From: a virus
Lineage: Duplodnaviria; Caudoviricetes
Length of the DNA: 38,781 bases
IMG/VR virus record: IMGVR_UViG_3300031857_000518
Span: 1 to 38,781 of that record
Strand: one strand, 5' to 3'
Shown here: piece by piece, positions 1-9,297 of the stretch
Layout: each line of letters begins with the position of its first letter
How positions within the stretch are numbered: the stretch's first letter is position 1
Notes under the pieces: model-generated
Database searches by the model: none
What the model was told of the DNA's origin: nothing
What the model saw: the letters and a program-made list of their open reading frames with translations, nothing else
Made by a program: the position numbers and the translations under genes

Positions 1-262
1 AAGGCTCTTATTTGTTATTGGTGTAAATCCGATAGCTGGCATAGATAACTCCTTATATGTTGATGTTCCCTTTAATCGGAACATTCGGTTGTTGTGAAAT
101 AATCTGCGTCTCTAATTGCGTTTGCTCGGTCTCTGCGGCTTTTTTAACTGCCGAAGCTTCTTTGTCTTTAGCAGAAGCTTGTAGGTAAGCAGCTTGAGGA
201 TCCGGTGGCCCTTCTTGCGCTGCTTTTGCGGCTTCCTCTTTCCGCGCCTTAAGCTTCTCAAT
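1..262. repeat. Terminal redundancy, left copy (circular/permuted genome)
   Basis: 1-127 is identical to 38520-38646; 128-262 aligns without gaps to 38647-38781 with about 25 substitutions. Confidence 0.95.
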
Positions 263-1957
263 CATCTTAGACTTACCAGCAACATTGGAGATTTCCAATA
301 GATCGGTAAGCTCGAAGGCGTTTTGAGCACCGTACTTCAATATCGCATCAAGCTGTTCTTGTGACGTATTCAGAGTGTCGTAAGATTCGTCTAGAATGAT
401 ATCCATATCCAACGTCGTCGGTTGGTTTTTGGTCATCACAACTTGCTTCAACATTTCTGGATTCGTTTGTTCCAATTGAATAAGCTGCGCGGAAGCTCCG
501 AGACGCATTTCGTACGGCTTAGAATCGTCGTCCATAATTTCTTGCAATTGATCTTGTAACGTAACCTGAACATTGAACCCAACCCAACGAAGTTTTTGCT
601 CATCATCAGTAACACGGATCCACTTTTCTTTGTCCCAAGATTGACGTATCCGGTTCCACATTTGACGATACACGCGAAGCTTGAAAGATCCAAAGTTTTC
701 AAACAACTTAATGATGTCAGTCATACCAGCTTGCTGCAATCTTTGCAATGCTATACCGCTGAGTTCTCCAAATTGCTTCGTATCTCCGTTCATCGGCGCG
801 GAGAAACTACCACTGTCCATTTCCATCTTGGCGTCTTGGTACAATTCAAGCTGACCTTGCGCCATATCGCCTGTTGGTAGAATACCAAAGTCCTTACCGA
901 ATTCTCCCTGACCAACTTCTAAATGTCCGTTTGGCTTCGCAAGTTCACGCTTAGATTTCGCAACGTCCTTCACCGCACCACGATTACCAAAAGTCTGGCG
1001 CTGCGATAATAGGAACAACGCTTTTGAGCGGCGATGATTGACTTCGTCTTGCGGGTCAAGGTATGCTTTCAATTCCCCGTAGCGATTATTCTCGCGGTCA
1101 ATGTAAGCGTGTTCAAATTCTAGAGGACATTCTGGAACGCCATACTCGTCAAGGTACGGAGATTCCATCGGTGGAAGTAGAAAGCCACCTTGCGTGTAAA
1201 TTGCTAGAAACCACTTTCCCTCGATCTTACGGTAATGTGTCAAAACTAAAAAGCGACGACGTTTGCCTTGACGATAATACCACTTCGGTCTGTCGTCAAA
1301 AGTTTCATCCGTATCTCCTGCGGTTACGGATAACGCATCTTCGTCCATAGTGTCTTTGAACGTGCGAATGACGTCAGCTTCTTCCATCCAAATACCAAAG
1401 CCTTTACCACCGGCATCGGAAAAATCATGCTTACGACTAAATGGATCGAAGAAAATACGATCCCAAGGAATATGATCTACGACAACGTCAGCTTCTCCGT
1501 TCGGAGCGGTCTCAATAACAATGTTCACTCCTGTGTACCCTTCACAGAAGAAATTGTCTGCACACTCTAAGAACGTTGGTTGTAATTTTGTTTTATCGGC
1601 CGCGAAGCGTAGCGCGTCGGTCACAGCTTCCGAGGCATCTCCGTCTTGGTCGACGTTACGCGGATACGCTTTCGGATCGCCCTTCCGAGCACTCACAAGT
1701 CCAAGCAATCCGTTCAACTTGTTCTTAATTTTATTGACCACGATGGGAGATTGCATCCGAGCTCTTAGAGCTCTGACTTGCTCAGCCGTCCACTGCTTTC
1801 CATCATAATAGTCGCGGCAACGCTCGGAGGTCATGCGAGCGTCTTGCGTGTTATCCAAAAATTCTATGACGGTCTCGCGCCAATCAGTATGATCCCCGTA
1901 GATGCTCGTTCCCTCAGCGGCGTCCTCGATTGGGTCGTCAGATTGGGATTGTTCCAT
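53..1957 (-). CDS. Portal protein, P22-like
   Basis: Follows terL; DYYDGKQW, PIVVNKI and DEVNHRRSK motifs, helical C-terminus. Start placed at MEQSQ (ATG 1957); the ORF is open to 2035. Confidence 0.88.
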   Translation of the reverse strand: MEQSQSDDPIEDAAEGTSIYGDHTDWRETVIEFLDNTQDARMTSERCRDYYDGKQWTAEQVRALRARMQSPIVVNKIKNKLNGLLGLVSARKGDPKAYPRNVDQDGDASEAVTDALRFAADKTKLQPTFLECADNFFCEGYTGVNIVIETAPNGEADVVVDHIPWDRIFFDPFSRKHDFSDAGGKGFGIWMEEADVIRTFKDTMDEDALSVTAGDTDETFDDRPKWYYRQGKRRRFLVLTHYRKIEGKWFLAIYTQGGFLLPPMESPYLDEYGVPECPLEFEHAYIDRENNRYGELKAYLDPQDEVNHRRSKALFLLSQRQTFGNRGAVKDVAKSKRELAKPNGHLEVGQGEFGKDFGILPTGDMAQGQLELYQDAKMEMDSGSFSAPMNGDTKQFGELSGIALQRLQQAGMTDIIKLFENFGSFKLRVYRQMWNRIRQSWDKEKWIRVTDDEQKLRWVGFNVQVTLQDQLQEIMDDDSKPYEMRLGASAQLIQLEQTNPEMLKQVVMTKNQPTTLDMDIILDESYDTLNTSQEQLDAILKYGAQNAFELTDLLEISNVAGKSKMIEKLKARKEEAAKAAQEGPPDPQAAYLQASAKDKEASAVKKAAETEQTQLETQIISQQPNVPIKGNINI

Positions 1958-3389
1958 TGTAATCTTCTTCATCGTCACCCGTTCCATAGCCATCGTTGGC
2001 TCTTGTTGGTTTTTCGTGGTAGGTCGAAGGTCCATACGCTTGATCTAGAAGCCTTCCAAATATCCCACACACGTCAACCTTGTCATCGCGTTTATCGTCT
2101 TTACCAGTAAATTTCAAAAGCTGAGTAATTAGATCGTCGCCCCAAGAACCGTAAGGAATATAAACTTTACCTTGAGAGCAAAGAGCTTGGAAGGCTTTGG
2201 CATTCGCCGCCTTACCTTTACTAGAATTAACCCACTCAAGTTTAAAGAACGCTCTTCTACGTTGCTGCTCTTTAAGGATAAATGGTTCCATAGCTCTTCG
2301 GATAATGCCGGATTCAGCAGCCCAGAACATTGGGTCGTGGTCTAAATAAAGCTGCATCATGGCGTCGATAGATTTATCTAAAGTGACTTGACCTTCCCAC
2401 CAATCTAAGATCCATAGATTTTCTTGAGTGTCAAATCCGCAAACACCTTGCTCAGTCCAGTCTCCGCTATCGGGCGTCACTGCGTAGTCACCGGCTGCAA
2501 ACTTTACGAGCTTCGTGGGTTCTTCGCCTAGTCTAAATCTTTTAAACCATTCTTTCTTAAAGAACGAACCCTCTTCGGGCGTAGGATCTTGCATATATTG
2601 AGCCATGAACGTTGCGCTATCTGCTAGTTTCATAGCCTTCAATTCCTCAAGGGTATGTTTGTATGGCCAGATAGACTTACCATCTTTGATCGCCGGAATG
2701 ATCACCTCGTGAAATTCTTCACCCATCCCTCCGTTTCTCACAAACCCTGACATGTCGTCTTCGTGAAGTCGCTGCATGACAATGATGATCGGAGTTGATC
2801 TAGAGTTCCGTCGCGATTTGATCGTCGTGTTAAGACGCTGATTTACCTTGGTACGTTCTTTTTCGTTCTCCGCATCGTCGACCTTTATCGGATCGTCAAT
2901 GACAATAGCACCGTAAAAAAGACCATCCTCCGGTTGTTCAAGTACACCTGCACCGAAGCCTGTGACTGGGCCACCCGCCGCCGTTGCATAAAGACCACCA
3001 CCCTGCTCTGTGTACCATTTCTTTTTACTGTCTGCATCGTCTTTGATCTTAACTGGCCAAAGTTCTTGGTACTCAGATGATCCTACAAGCTCACGACATT
3101 TCGCGGAGTTGTCGAGTGCAAGTTCGTCGGAGTAACTCAAGTGAATGAACTTCGCACGTGGGTTGTTCGCAATACACCGCGCCATCCAGTCAATAACAAC
3201 GAGCTGCGTTTTTCCGCTGCGTGGAAAGATATTGATCAGTAAGTTTTTGATCTCACCGCTTTCGACTTTACGAAGTGCATCTTCTAAGATTTGATGATGG
3301 TCGGCTGGTACAAAAACTTCGCCACGTTGCTTAAAGAAATGTTTAGTGAATTCAATCTGGGAGCTCTGTAATTTTTCCCTCAATAACAT
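1938..3389 (-). CDS. terL: Terminase large subunit
   Basis: Walker A PRSGKT, Walker B IVIDDP, motif VMQRLHEDD, nuclease DDKVD. Start uncertain (ORF open to 3476). Confidence 0.95.
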   Translation of the reverse strand: MLLREKLQSSQIEFTKHFFKQRGEVFVPADHHQILEDALRKVESGEIKNLLINIFPRSGKTQLVVIDWMARCIANNPRAKFIHLSYSDELALDNSAKCRELVGSSEYQELWPVKIKDDADSKKKWYTEQGGGLYATAAGGPVTGFGAGVLEQPEDGLFYGAIVIDDPIKVDDAENEKERTKVNQRLNTTIKSRRNSRSTPIIIVMQRLHEDDMSGFVRNGGMGEEFHEVIIPAIKDGKSIWPYKHTLEELKAMKLADSATFMAQYMQDPTPEEGSFFKKEWFKRFRLGEEPTKLVKFAAGDYAVTPDSGDWTEQGVCGFDTQENLWILDWWEGQVTLDKSIDAMMQLYLDHDPMFWAAESGIIRRAMEPFILKEQQRRRAFFKLEWVNSSKGKAANAKAFQALCSQGKVYIPYGSWGDDLITQLLKFTGKDDKRDDKVDVCGIFGRLLDQAYGPSTYHEKPTRANDGYGTGDDEEDYNGTIPI

Positions 3390-3777
3390 CTTGTCTACTA
3401 CGTGCGCCAATGGCTGCAAGTCCTGCGGCGAGGTCTCGCAGTTCTTCAGTAGAGAACTTACTGAGGAGCTTTTCAAGATTGACCTCCTGCGTCATATTGA
3501 TATTGAAATCTTTTGGCATGATACGAGCGGCAGCGCTGATGTAAGCGGCAACATCGTTTTCTCTACATCTTTTAAGAGCATCTGCACCATGTTCTTCCCA
3601 GTCAGCCATAAAGTCTTGAACAAACGCTTCTGCGAACTTGTTTCTTGAACCTTTAGGACGTCCAGGAGATTTAATCTCTCCGTTTATCATCCTTTGTTGC
3701 GAAGCTCTTTGCGCCGGTGAATAACCACGCTTATATTTAATTTTAGGTGTTGCGTTCTGCGTTTCTTGAGTTGTCAT
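3352..3777 (-). CDS. terS: Terminase small subunit
   Basis: GRPKGSRNK motif, 141 aa, directly upstream of and overlapping terL. Confidence 0.8.
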   Translation of the reverse strand: MTTQETQNATPKIKYKRGYSPAQRASQQRMINGEIKSPGRPKGSRNKFAEAFVQDFMADWEEHGADALKRCRENDVAAYISAAARIMPKDFNINMTQEVNLEKLLSKFSTEELRDLAAGLAAIGARSRQDVIEGKITELPD

Positions 3778-4109
3778 ACATCGTATCCGTCGGGGTTGTA
3801 CGTTATGTCTCTTGTCTCTACTTCAATAAACACTTTCTTTTTCTCGGAAGCAGTGATGGCTGTGATCGCAATGAGACAAAGACCAGCTTTAGAAAAAGAA
3901 ATAAGAGCCGAAGCAACTCCGGAAGTCAATGTCTGATTAGAAATTCCAGCCTCGCCGAATTTCACCTCCCATGTTACGGAGGTTATAGTACTGTTATCTG
4001 CTTGCCACGGTCTAAAGTCAATCTCGTACGTCGTGGCGTCGCCCTCTGCGGCTGTGTCCGAAAACTTAAGCGGATTTATTTTCGCCGCGACAACGAAGCT
4101 TGTACTCAT
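3774..4109 (-). CDS. Small beta-rich virion protein, fibre/adaptor-like
   Basis: YEIDFRPW...TITSVTW pattern, alternating hydrophobic beta strands; lies in the late operon. Confidence 0.45.
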   Translation of the reverse strand: MSTSFVVAAKINPLKFSDTAAEGDATTYEIDFRPWQADNSTITSVTWEVKFGEAGISNQTLTSGVASALISFSKAGLCLIAITAITASEKKKVFIEVETRDITYNPDGYDV

Positions 4110-4127
4110 ACCTGACCTTTTTGAAAC

Positions 4128-4151
4128 TTAAACGCTCCGCGCACCCCTTAT
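4128..4151 (-). promoter_or_regulatory. ops-like element downstream of the RfaH/NusG paralogue
   Basis: Minus strand reads ATAAGGGGTGCGCGGAGCGTTTAA; GCGG-AGCGT resembles the E. coli ops core GCGGTAGCGT. A related motif lies at 4689-4706. Confidence 0.35.
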
Positions 4152-4155
4152 GGAT

Positions 4156-4671
4156 CTACAAAGGTGCGATCGAATCGATAGGTAATACTACCTTAATTTT
4201 CCGATTTAATAAAGTTAAAAGTACAGTTACCCTTTTTTCTGAATGTTTACAATAGGTTGCGATAAGATCTTTATAATTTTCTCCGACTATTCGGAGCTTC
4301 ATTTCCGGTGTGAACTCAATAACTTGACTAATCGCGGCCTCTAAAGGTACATTTCCATGCTCGTCGAGCCTTGAAATTAGATCTTCGACGCAGCCCTCTG
4401 GAACGGGTGTGATACTATTTTCACTGAAAGTTACGATGTTCAAAACTCCTCGCGTCCTCGCGGCATACTTCCATCGATCATTTTCTTCGAGGTCAAATTC
4501 AATAAACAGGTAAGAAGGAAACAACGGAAGCTGTTGTTTTATGATCTTCGAACCTTTTTTGTGGGTTTGTAAGTAAACGGGAAGAAATATTTTGAAATTC
4601 TTAGCTCTTAATTCTGCGGCTGCGAGATACTCTTTATTTGGGTTGCTTTGAACTACGTACCATCTCTTCAT
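4156..4671 (-). CDS. RfaH/NusG-family transcription antiterminator
   Basis: NGN domain WYVVQS, PLFPSYLFIEF, TRGV; degenerate C-terminal KOW; first gene of the late arm. Confidence 0.9.
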   Translation of the reverse strand: MKRWYVVQSNPNKEYLAAAELRAKNFKIFLPVYLQTHKKGSKIIKQQLPLFPSYLFIEFDLEENDRWKYAARTRGVLNIVTFSENSITPVPEGCVEDLISRLDEHGNVPLEAAISQVIEFTPEMKLRIVGENYKDLIATYCKHSEKRVTVLLTLLNRKIKVVLPIDSIAPL

Positions 4672-4759
4672 TGCGTGATCCTTATAGGTTAAACACGCTC
4701 CCTTATCTCTAAACTACCTTACAAAACGCAGAAAATAAATAAAAAACGCAAAAACCACC

Positions 4760-5033
4760 AACCTAGGTCCAACCTAGATAATAAAATTAGTCGTTTATCT
4801 AGGTGGAGCGAACAGAGCTCGCAGCTGCCCTAGATAACCTAGGTAACCTAGGTACTTTTCCAACCTTCTATACAGGAATAAAAATATAATATATAATATG
4901 TAAATATAAAATATAATTCTATATAGTTTAATAGAATTTACCTAGGTTACCTAGGTTATCTAGGTTGGAGCCTTGAAATCGTTAGCTTTTTTAAAAACCG
5001 CTACCTAGGTTCGACCTAGGTTGGACCTAGGTT
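4760..5033. repeat. Nested inverted repeats built from ACCTAGGT units around an AT-rich core; candidate replication origin
   Basis: Perfect 26-bp IR at 4829-4854/4939-4964 and perfect 18-bp IR at 4760-4777/5016-5033; core 4867-4938 is almost all A/T. Confidence 0.8.
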
Positions 5034-5120
5034 TTGGAGCCCTAAAACAATAAAATCCTAAAACATCTGTTTTATGTGCGAAATATAATTAGTCAAAAAA
5101 GATGTAATATTTTCACAATT

Positions 5121-5201
5121 ATACAGTTTTAAGGCTTTACTTCTTTGTCAAAATCCACAATAATATAATTGTAAGTTTGATTAAATCTTACACCGTGTAA
5201 A
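5121..5201 (+). promoter_or_regulatory. Early promoter P1 with leader hairpin
   Basis: TTTACT(5136)-17 bp-AATAAT, then GTAAG/CTTAC stem and CGTGTAAA; near-duplicate at 11847-11928. Confidence 0.7.
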
Positions 5202-5217
5202 GAAAAGGAAAGCTAAA

Positions 5218-5454
5218 ATGAAAACCAAATTGACAGTGTACTTTGAAAAATTACCTTCCGAAGCCAAAATCTTAAAAGAACTTCAAACTGATTATGGTTT
5301 CAGAACCTCCGAATTACGTCAAGTCAAGATCTTAAATGTTAAGCGTGAAAATTTTAACACAACGGACGATAAGTACACCGCTTTTGAAGTTACGATCTCC
5401 GCGCCTGTTAAGATTTTAGAAGAAGTAATAAACAGAAACAACACGCCACACTAA
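5218..5454 (+). CDS. Hypothetical early protein, 78 aa
   Basis: ORF with AAGGA RBS directly after P1. Confidence 0.7.
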   Translation: MKTKLTVYFEKLPSEAKILKELQTDYGFRTSELRQVKILNVKRENFNTTDDKYTAFEVTISAPVKILEEVINRNNTPH

Positions 5455-5483
5455 TCAACACAAGTAACAGGGAGAACACAATT

Positions 5484-5633
5484 ATGGTCAGAACATACGA
5501 CGTTTACGCGATTAGAAATGACAAAGAGTACAAGCTAAATACAACACCAATGACACACAAACAGGCTTGCACTTTCAAAAGCAAATTTACCATTCGAAAA
5601 GAAACAACCTATATGTTGAAGGAAATCGCGTAA
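5484..5633 (+). CDS. Hypothetical protein, 49 aa (not in ORF track)
   Basis: GGAG RBS; MVRTYDVYAIRNDKEYKL...; fills the gap up to denV. Confidence 0.6.
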   Translation: MVRTYDVYAIRNDKEYKLNTTPMTHKQACTFKSKFTIRKETTYMLKEIA

Positions 5634-5635
5634 CC

Positions 5636-6049
5636 ATGACCCGCATTAATTGTGTCCCCGTACAGGAACTCACAGACAAACACCTATTAGCAGAGTACCG
5701 AGAACTGCCGCGCGTATTCAAGCTTGCCCGCCGATGCCCCGACGCGCCGAAGAATTACACGCTAGGCGCGGGGCATGTTAAATTCTTTTACGACAAGCTG
5801 CTTTATTGTCAAAAACGTCAAGTTCAGCTTTACGAAGAAATGAAGTTGCGCGGTTTTAAACCAAAGTACGACCCTGAAGAATTATGGCACTACCATCCTA
5901 AAGCTGGTGGTCGAACATTTGAATATCAATGGGAAGACTGGGCGCCAACGCCCGAAGCTTTAGAGATCAATCGCAACCGAATTGGCGAGCGTATTCTAGC
6001 CTCAAAACTTAAGAAACAACCGCAAGCCTTTGATAAGGTTAAAATTTAA
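5636..6049 (+). CDS. denV: Pyrimidine-dimer DNA glycosylase (T4 endonuclease V family)
   Basis: MTRIN...LTDKHLLAEYRELPRVF and LGAGHVKFFYDKL, with catalytic Thr2 and the YRE Glu. Confidence 0.95.
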   Translation: MTRINCVPVQELTDKHLLAEYRELPRVFKLARRCPDAPKNYTLGAGHVKFFYDKLLYCQKRQVQLYEEMKLRGFKPKYDPEELWHYHPKAGGRTFEYQWEDWAPTPEALEINRNRIGERILASKLKKQPQAFDKVKI

Positions 6050-6088
6050 AATAACTTTACTTTTACAAAGGTCTAGGGCAATTTTAAA

Positions 6089-6231
6089 ACGGTACTTGGG
6101 CGCGGTGTAGTTACACGGCTGCGCTCCTAACGGATAGGATAAAACTGATGCACGATGTGTGTACCCCACGCAGCTTTCCCAAGTTTTTATCCGACGCGCC
6201 TGAGTACCGTACTATCGTGTGTAGGAAAGCT
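6089..6231 (+). ncRNA. Structured 5' leader of the primase-helicase gene (candidate cis-regulatory RNA)
   Basis: 16-bp closing stem 6089-6104/6195-6210 with two G-U pairs; inner GGATAAAA/TTTTATCC stem; anti-SD AGCTTTCC (6172-6179) complementary to GGAAAGCT (6224-6231). Confidence 0.55.
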
Positions 6232-6233
6232 TA

Positions 6234-8324
6234 ATGAATATCAAGGCAGCATATAGCGAAAAGCTAAAGTCCTCCGACCTGAGTGTCGCAGAGGGTAAGC
6301 GTCTAGGATTTGAAATTATTGAACGGCCTGAGAAGTTACAAGACCATTTCTTTTCAGTGCCAGCATTTAAAATTCCTTACTACGATATGAGCGGTAAGGA
6401 TACGGGGTTTTATCGAATTCGATATTTAACGGGAACGAAGAAAGGCTTTGCGAAAGCGACGCGCGAAAAGGATAGACGCTACGACCAGCCAGCCGCAGAG
6501 ATGCCGCAACTTTACTTTCCCAAACTAATGGCGAAGAATACGACTTGGGAAATTTATTGTACGAAGTCGAAATTCCCGTTGATATTTACAGAGGGTGAGT
6601 TGAAGGCTGCGTGTGCGACGAAGCACGGCCTCCCGACAATTGCTCTTGGTGGTGTTTGGAACTTTAAGTCCAAGAAGAACGGATTGAAGCGTATTCCCGT
6701 TTTTGAGGAGATTGACTTTAAGGATCGCGACGTTTACATTGTTTTCGACAGTGACAGCGCCACAAACCCGCAAGTGTTACAGGCGCAATATAAATTCGCG
6801 GAGCAAGTGTTTAATCTTGGCGGCATACCGATAATCGTGAACATACCGAAAGTAGAGGGTAAGAAACATGGAATTGATGACTTCATCGTCGAGTTTGGCG
6901 TGGATGCGTTCAAAGAATTATTGCAGGATAAGGATCGGCATCTGGAATTCTCGTTCGTCCGCGAACTACTACGCCTTAACAGTGAGATCGCGGTCGTCCA
7001 CCGTCCCGTTGCAATTATTCACTATCCGACAGCGCAGCTTCTTAATCGTGGGGACGCCCAAGTTTTATATGCGAACGCCAAAATGATGGATCAAGTCCTC
7101 AAGGCTCCGACGAAAACTGAACTGAAGAGTGACCCAGATGCAAAGCCATCCGTAGAGTACAAGGAAGTTGCGACCTTTGATAAGTGGCTGCAATGGGAAA
7201 ACAGAGGCGAGGTCTGGGCGCCAGTGTACGAACCAGGAAAAGAGAAGTTCGTATGGGACGGAGAGCGGAGAAACTTTAACACGTGGAAGGGTTGGGGATG
7301 CGAACCACAAAAAGGGGACATAAGTTTATGGAAGTGGCTTTTGGATCAGATTTTCAAAAACGCAAAGCCGGAACACCGGAAATGGTTCGAACAATGGTGT
7401 GCTTATCCTATTCAGCATCCAGGAACAAAGATGTTTACATGCCCTATACTATTTGGACAATTAAAGGGGACGGGGAAATCGTTGCTCGGCCTATCCCTCA
7501 TGAGCATATATGGTGAGAATGGCGCTGAGATAACCGACACGCAATTAGAGGATGAGCGCAATGTCTTTGCAGCAGAGAAGCAATTCGTTCTGGCGAACGA
7601 GGTCACGGGTAGCGATAAGCGAACAATGGTTGGTCGGTTACGTAACCTTATCACCCAGCACACCGTTGTCATCAACAAGAAATACCAACCCGACTACGTT
7701 ATACGCGACACAATTAACTACTTTTTCACATCTAACCACGTGGACGCTGTATATATGGAAGATGACGAAAGACGCTTTTTTGTGCACGAAGTACTTGGGC
7801 CTCGGCTCGTGGACGTTGATAAGAAGAAAGTGGAAGCCTATGATGCTTGGTTTAAGAGCGGCGATTGTGCGAAAGCTTTATTTCATCATCTACTTAATAT
7901 TGACCTCAGTGGGTTTGATCCTACTGCACCTGCTCCTGATACCTTTGCTAAGGCAGCTATGGTAGCAGCCAGCAGAAGCGAAATTGAGAACTGGACGTTT
8001 AAACTACGCGAAGACCCTGACACTTGCTTACGTAGTGGCGCGGTGGTGTTGCCGTATGGCCTTTACACGTGCCGACAGCTTATAGATATCTACGCAGGTG
8101 ACGAAGGTAAGAAGCCATATGAAAAGACAATGACAAATGCGCTGCGTAAAGCTGGCTTTATGAAGGCTGCGCACGACCAAAGCTGTCCGACGCGAGATGG
8201 TAAGGTAAATCTCTGGGCGATACGGGATTTCTCGGACCACAAGAAGAGCGCAAAGGAAATAGGAGCTCTTTACGACAAAGAACGTGAACTAAAAGAAACA
8301 AAGAAGTATGCAAGAGGAAGTTAA
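6234..8324 (+). CDS. Primase-helicase (DUF3854-type TOPRIM plus SF3/NrS-1-like helicase)
   Basis: FTEGELKA, LGGVWNF, IVFDSD, GIDDF; Walker A GTGKS; FFTSNH...DERRF. Confidence 0.9.
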   Translation: MNIKAAYSEKLKSSDLSVAEGKRLGFEIIERPEKLQDHFFSVPAFKIPYYDMSGKDTGFYRIRYLTGTKKGFAKATREKDRRYDQPAAEMPQLYFPKLMAKNTTWEIYCTKSKFPLIFTEGELKAACATKHGLPTIALGGVWNFKSKKNGLKRIPVFEEIDFKDRDVYIVFDSDSATNPQVLQAQYKFAEQVFNLGGIPIIVNIPKVEGKKHGIDDFIVEFGVDAFKELLQDKDRHLEFSFVRELLRLNSEIAVVHRPVAIIHYPTAQLLNRGDAQVLYANAKMMDQVLKAPTKTELKSDPDAKPSVEYKEVATFDKWLQWENRGEVWAPVYEPGKEKFVWDGERRNFNTWKGWGCEPQKGDISLWKWLLDQIFKNAKPEHRKWFEQWCAYPIQHPGTKMFTCPILFGQLKGTGKSLLGLSLMSIYGENGAEITDTQLEDERNVFAAEKQFVLANEVTGSDKRTMVGRLRNLITQHTVVINKKYQPDYVIRDTINYFFTSNHVDAVYMEDDERRFFVHEVLGPRLVDVDKKKVEAYDAWFKSGDCAKALFHHLLNIDLSGFDPTAPAPDTFAKAAMVAASRSEIENWTFKLREDPDTCLRSGAVVLPYGLYTCRQLIDIYAGDEGKKPYEKTMTNALRKAGFMKAAHDQSCPTRDGKVNLWAIRDFSDHKKSAKEIGALYDKERELKETKKYARGS

Positions 8325-8325
8325 G

Positions 8326-8502
8326 ATGAAAGTCACTGATGTTATTGTTGGATCGTGTCTTATTTTTGCAATTTGCAGTTATATTGTAGATAAAAACACG
8401 ATTAAAGAACTAAAAATACAAGTTGAACAATGCGACTATCAAATTCAACAATCTATGTTGGATAGTGTAGAAAAAATTCAAGCAATGGAGAAAGTAGAAT
8501 GA
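8326..8502 (+). CDS. Small membrane-anchored hypothetical protein
   Basis: N-terminal hydrophobic segment, GAGG RBS. Confidence 0.55.
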   Translation: MKVTDVIVGSCLIFAICSYIVDKNTIKELKIQVEQCDYQIQQSMLDSVEKIQAMEKVE

Positions 8503-8606
8503 GCGTAACAATTACAGACGGATTTAATTTTGGTATAGGAATTGGTCTTGCTATGCTTTGCATATGGATACCAATCTTAATCATTGCCGCTATTTTGGGG
8601 AGGTAG
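8499..8606 (+). CDS. 35-aa hydrophobic peptide (not in ORF track)
   Basis: ATGA overlap with the previous stop; MSVTITDGFNFGIGIGLAMLCIWIPILIIAAILGR. Confidence 0.55.
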   Translation: MSVTITDGFNFGIGIGLAMLCIWIPILIIAAILGR

Positions 8607-8607
8607 C

Positions 8608-9297
8608 ATGCACCACTGCATGAACGCATCAATCCCGCAGCACATTTACGGCTACGTCGAAAATCAGTTTATGTTTGGTGGTGATGAAGCTGTAACTGGA
8701 TTGCATCCTTGCGTCATTTTTGGCGTGACTTCTATCCCTAGCCGCACACTGCATTTTTCGATTTTGTGCGAATCTGGCGCACAATGGGCGCGTGTGCCGC
8801 TGCATTTCTTGCGGCACGAAGAACCGAGTAATGACACAAAACACGCCTTGCAAGAATTGCAATGTTGGGATTGCCACGGGTGGGATTTTTCCGTGACGCA
8901 GTACGAATACCTGCGCGAAATGTCATGTACGTTCAAGAACAGAAGCGGTAAAATTATTCCAGCCACATACTGGTTCACGCTAGACCATACGGATAATGGC
9001 TACAGCAACTACCCACCTGAACACAAGTGTTACCATTTACTACGTCTCGACGACGGCTCAGGCCAGATTGCAGCCATGCCGAATAACAGGATTGTCTGGC
9101 AGGATTTTAGCTTTGTAAAAGAATTTCCGCTACCAAAATACAAAGTTGTGTCCGCCGAAACTTATCACGCTGAAGAATCTACAGTTAACGCGCAAGATAC
9201 TGCCAACACCCAAGAGGCCAAAAGTTTTGAAGAAACAAAACTATACGATAAACAATATTTCTACGACAAACAAGATAAGAAGTGGGTGAAAATATGA
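8608..9297 (+). CDS. Conserved phage hypothetical protein (His/Cys-rich)
   Basis: GGAGG RBS; WDC, EHKCYH and GQIAAMPNNRI motifs resemble a widespread phage family of unknown function. Confidence 0.7.
   Translation: MHHCMNASIPQHIYGYVENQFMFGGDEAVTGLHPCVIFGVTSIPSRTLHFSILCESGAQWARVPLHFLRHEEPSNDTKHALQELQCWDCHGWDFSVTQYEYLREMSCTFKNRSGKIIPATYWFTLDHTDNGYSNYPPEHKCYHLLRLDDGSGQIAAMPNNRIVWQDFSFVKEFPLPKYKVVSAETYHAEESTVNAQDTANTQEAKSFEETKLYDKQYFYDKQDKKWVKI

Noticed and set aside
128-262. Diversity-generating retroelement template/variable repeat pair with 38647-38781
   Set aside because: Differences are not adenine-specific, are mostly synonymous, and there is no reverse transcriptase gene.
4760-5033. CRISPR array or MITE/IS ends
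   Set aside because: Units are 8-10-bp palindromes without unique ~30-bp spacers; no transposase or target-site duplication is seen.
6089-6231. tRNA or a known riboswitch
   Set aside because: No T-loop GTTCGA, cloverleaf or aptamer consensus that I recognise. An Rfam search is still needed.
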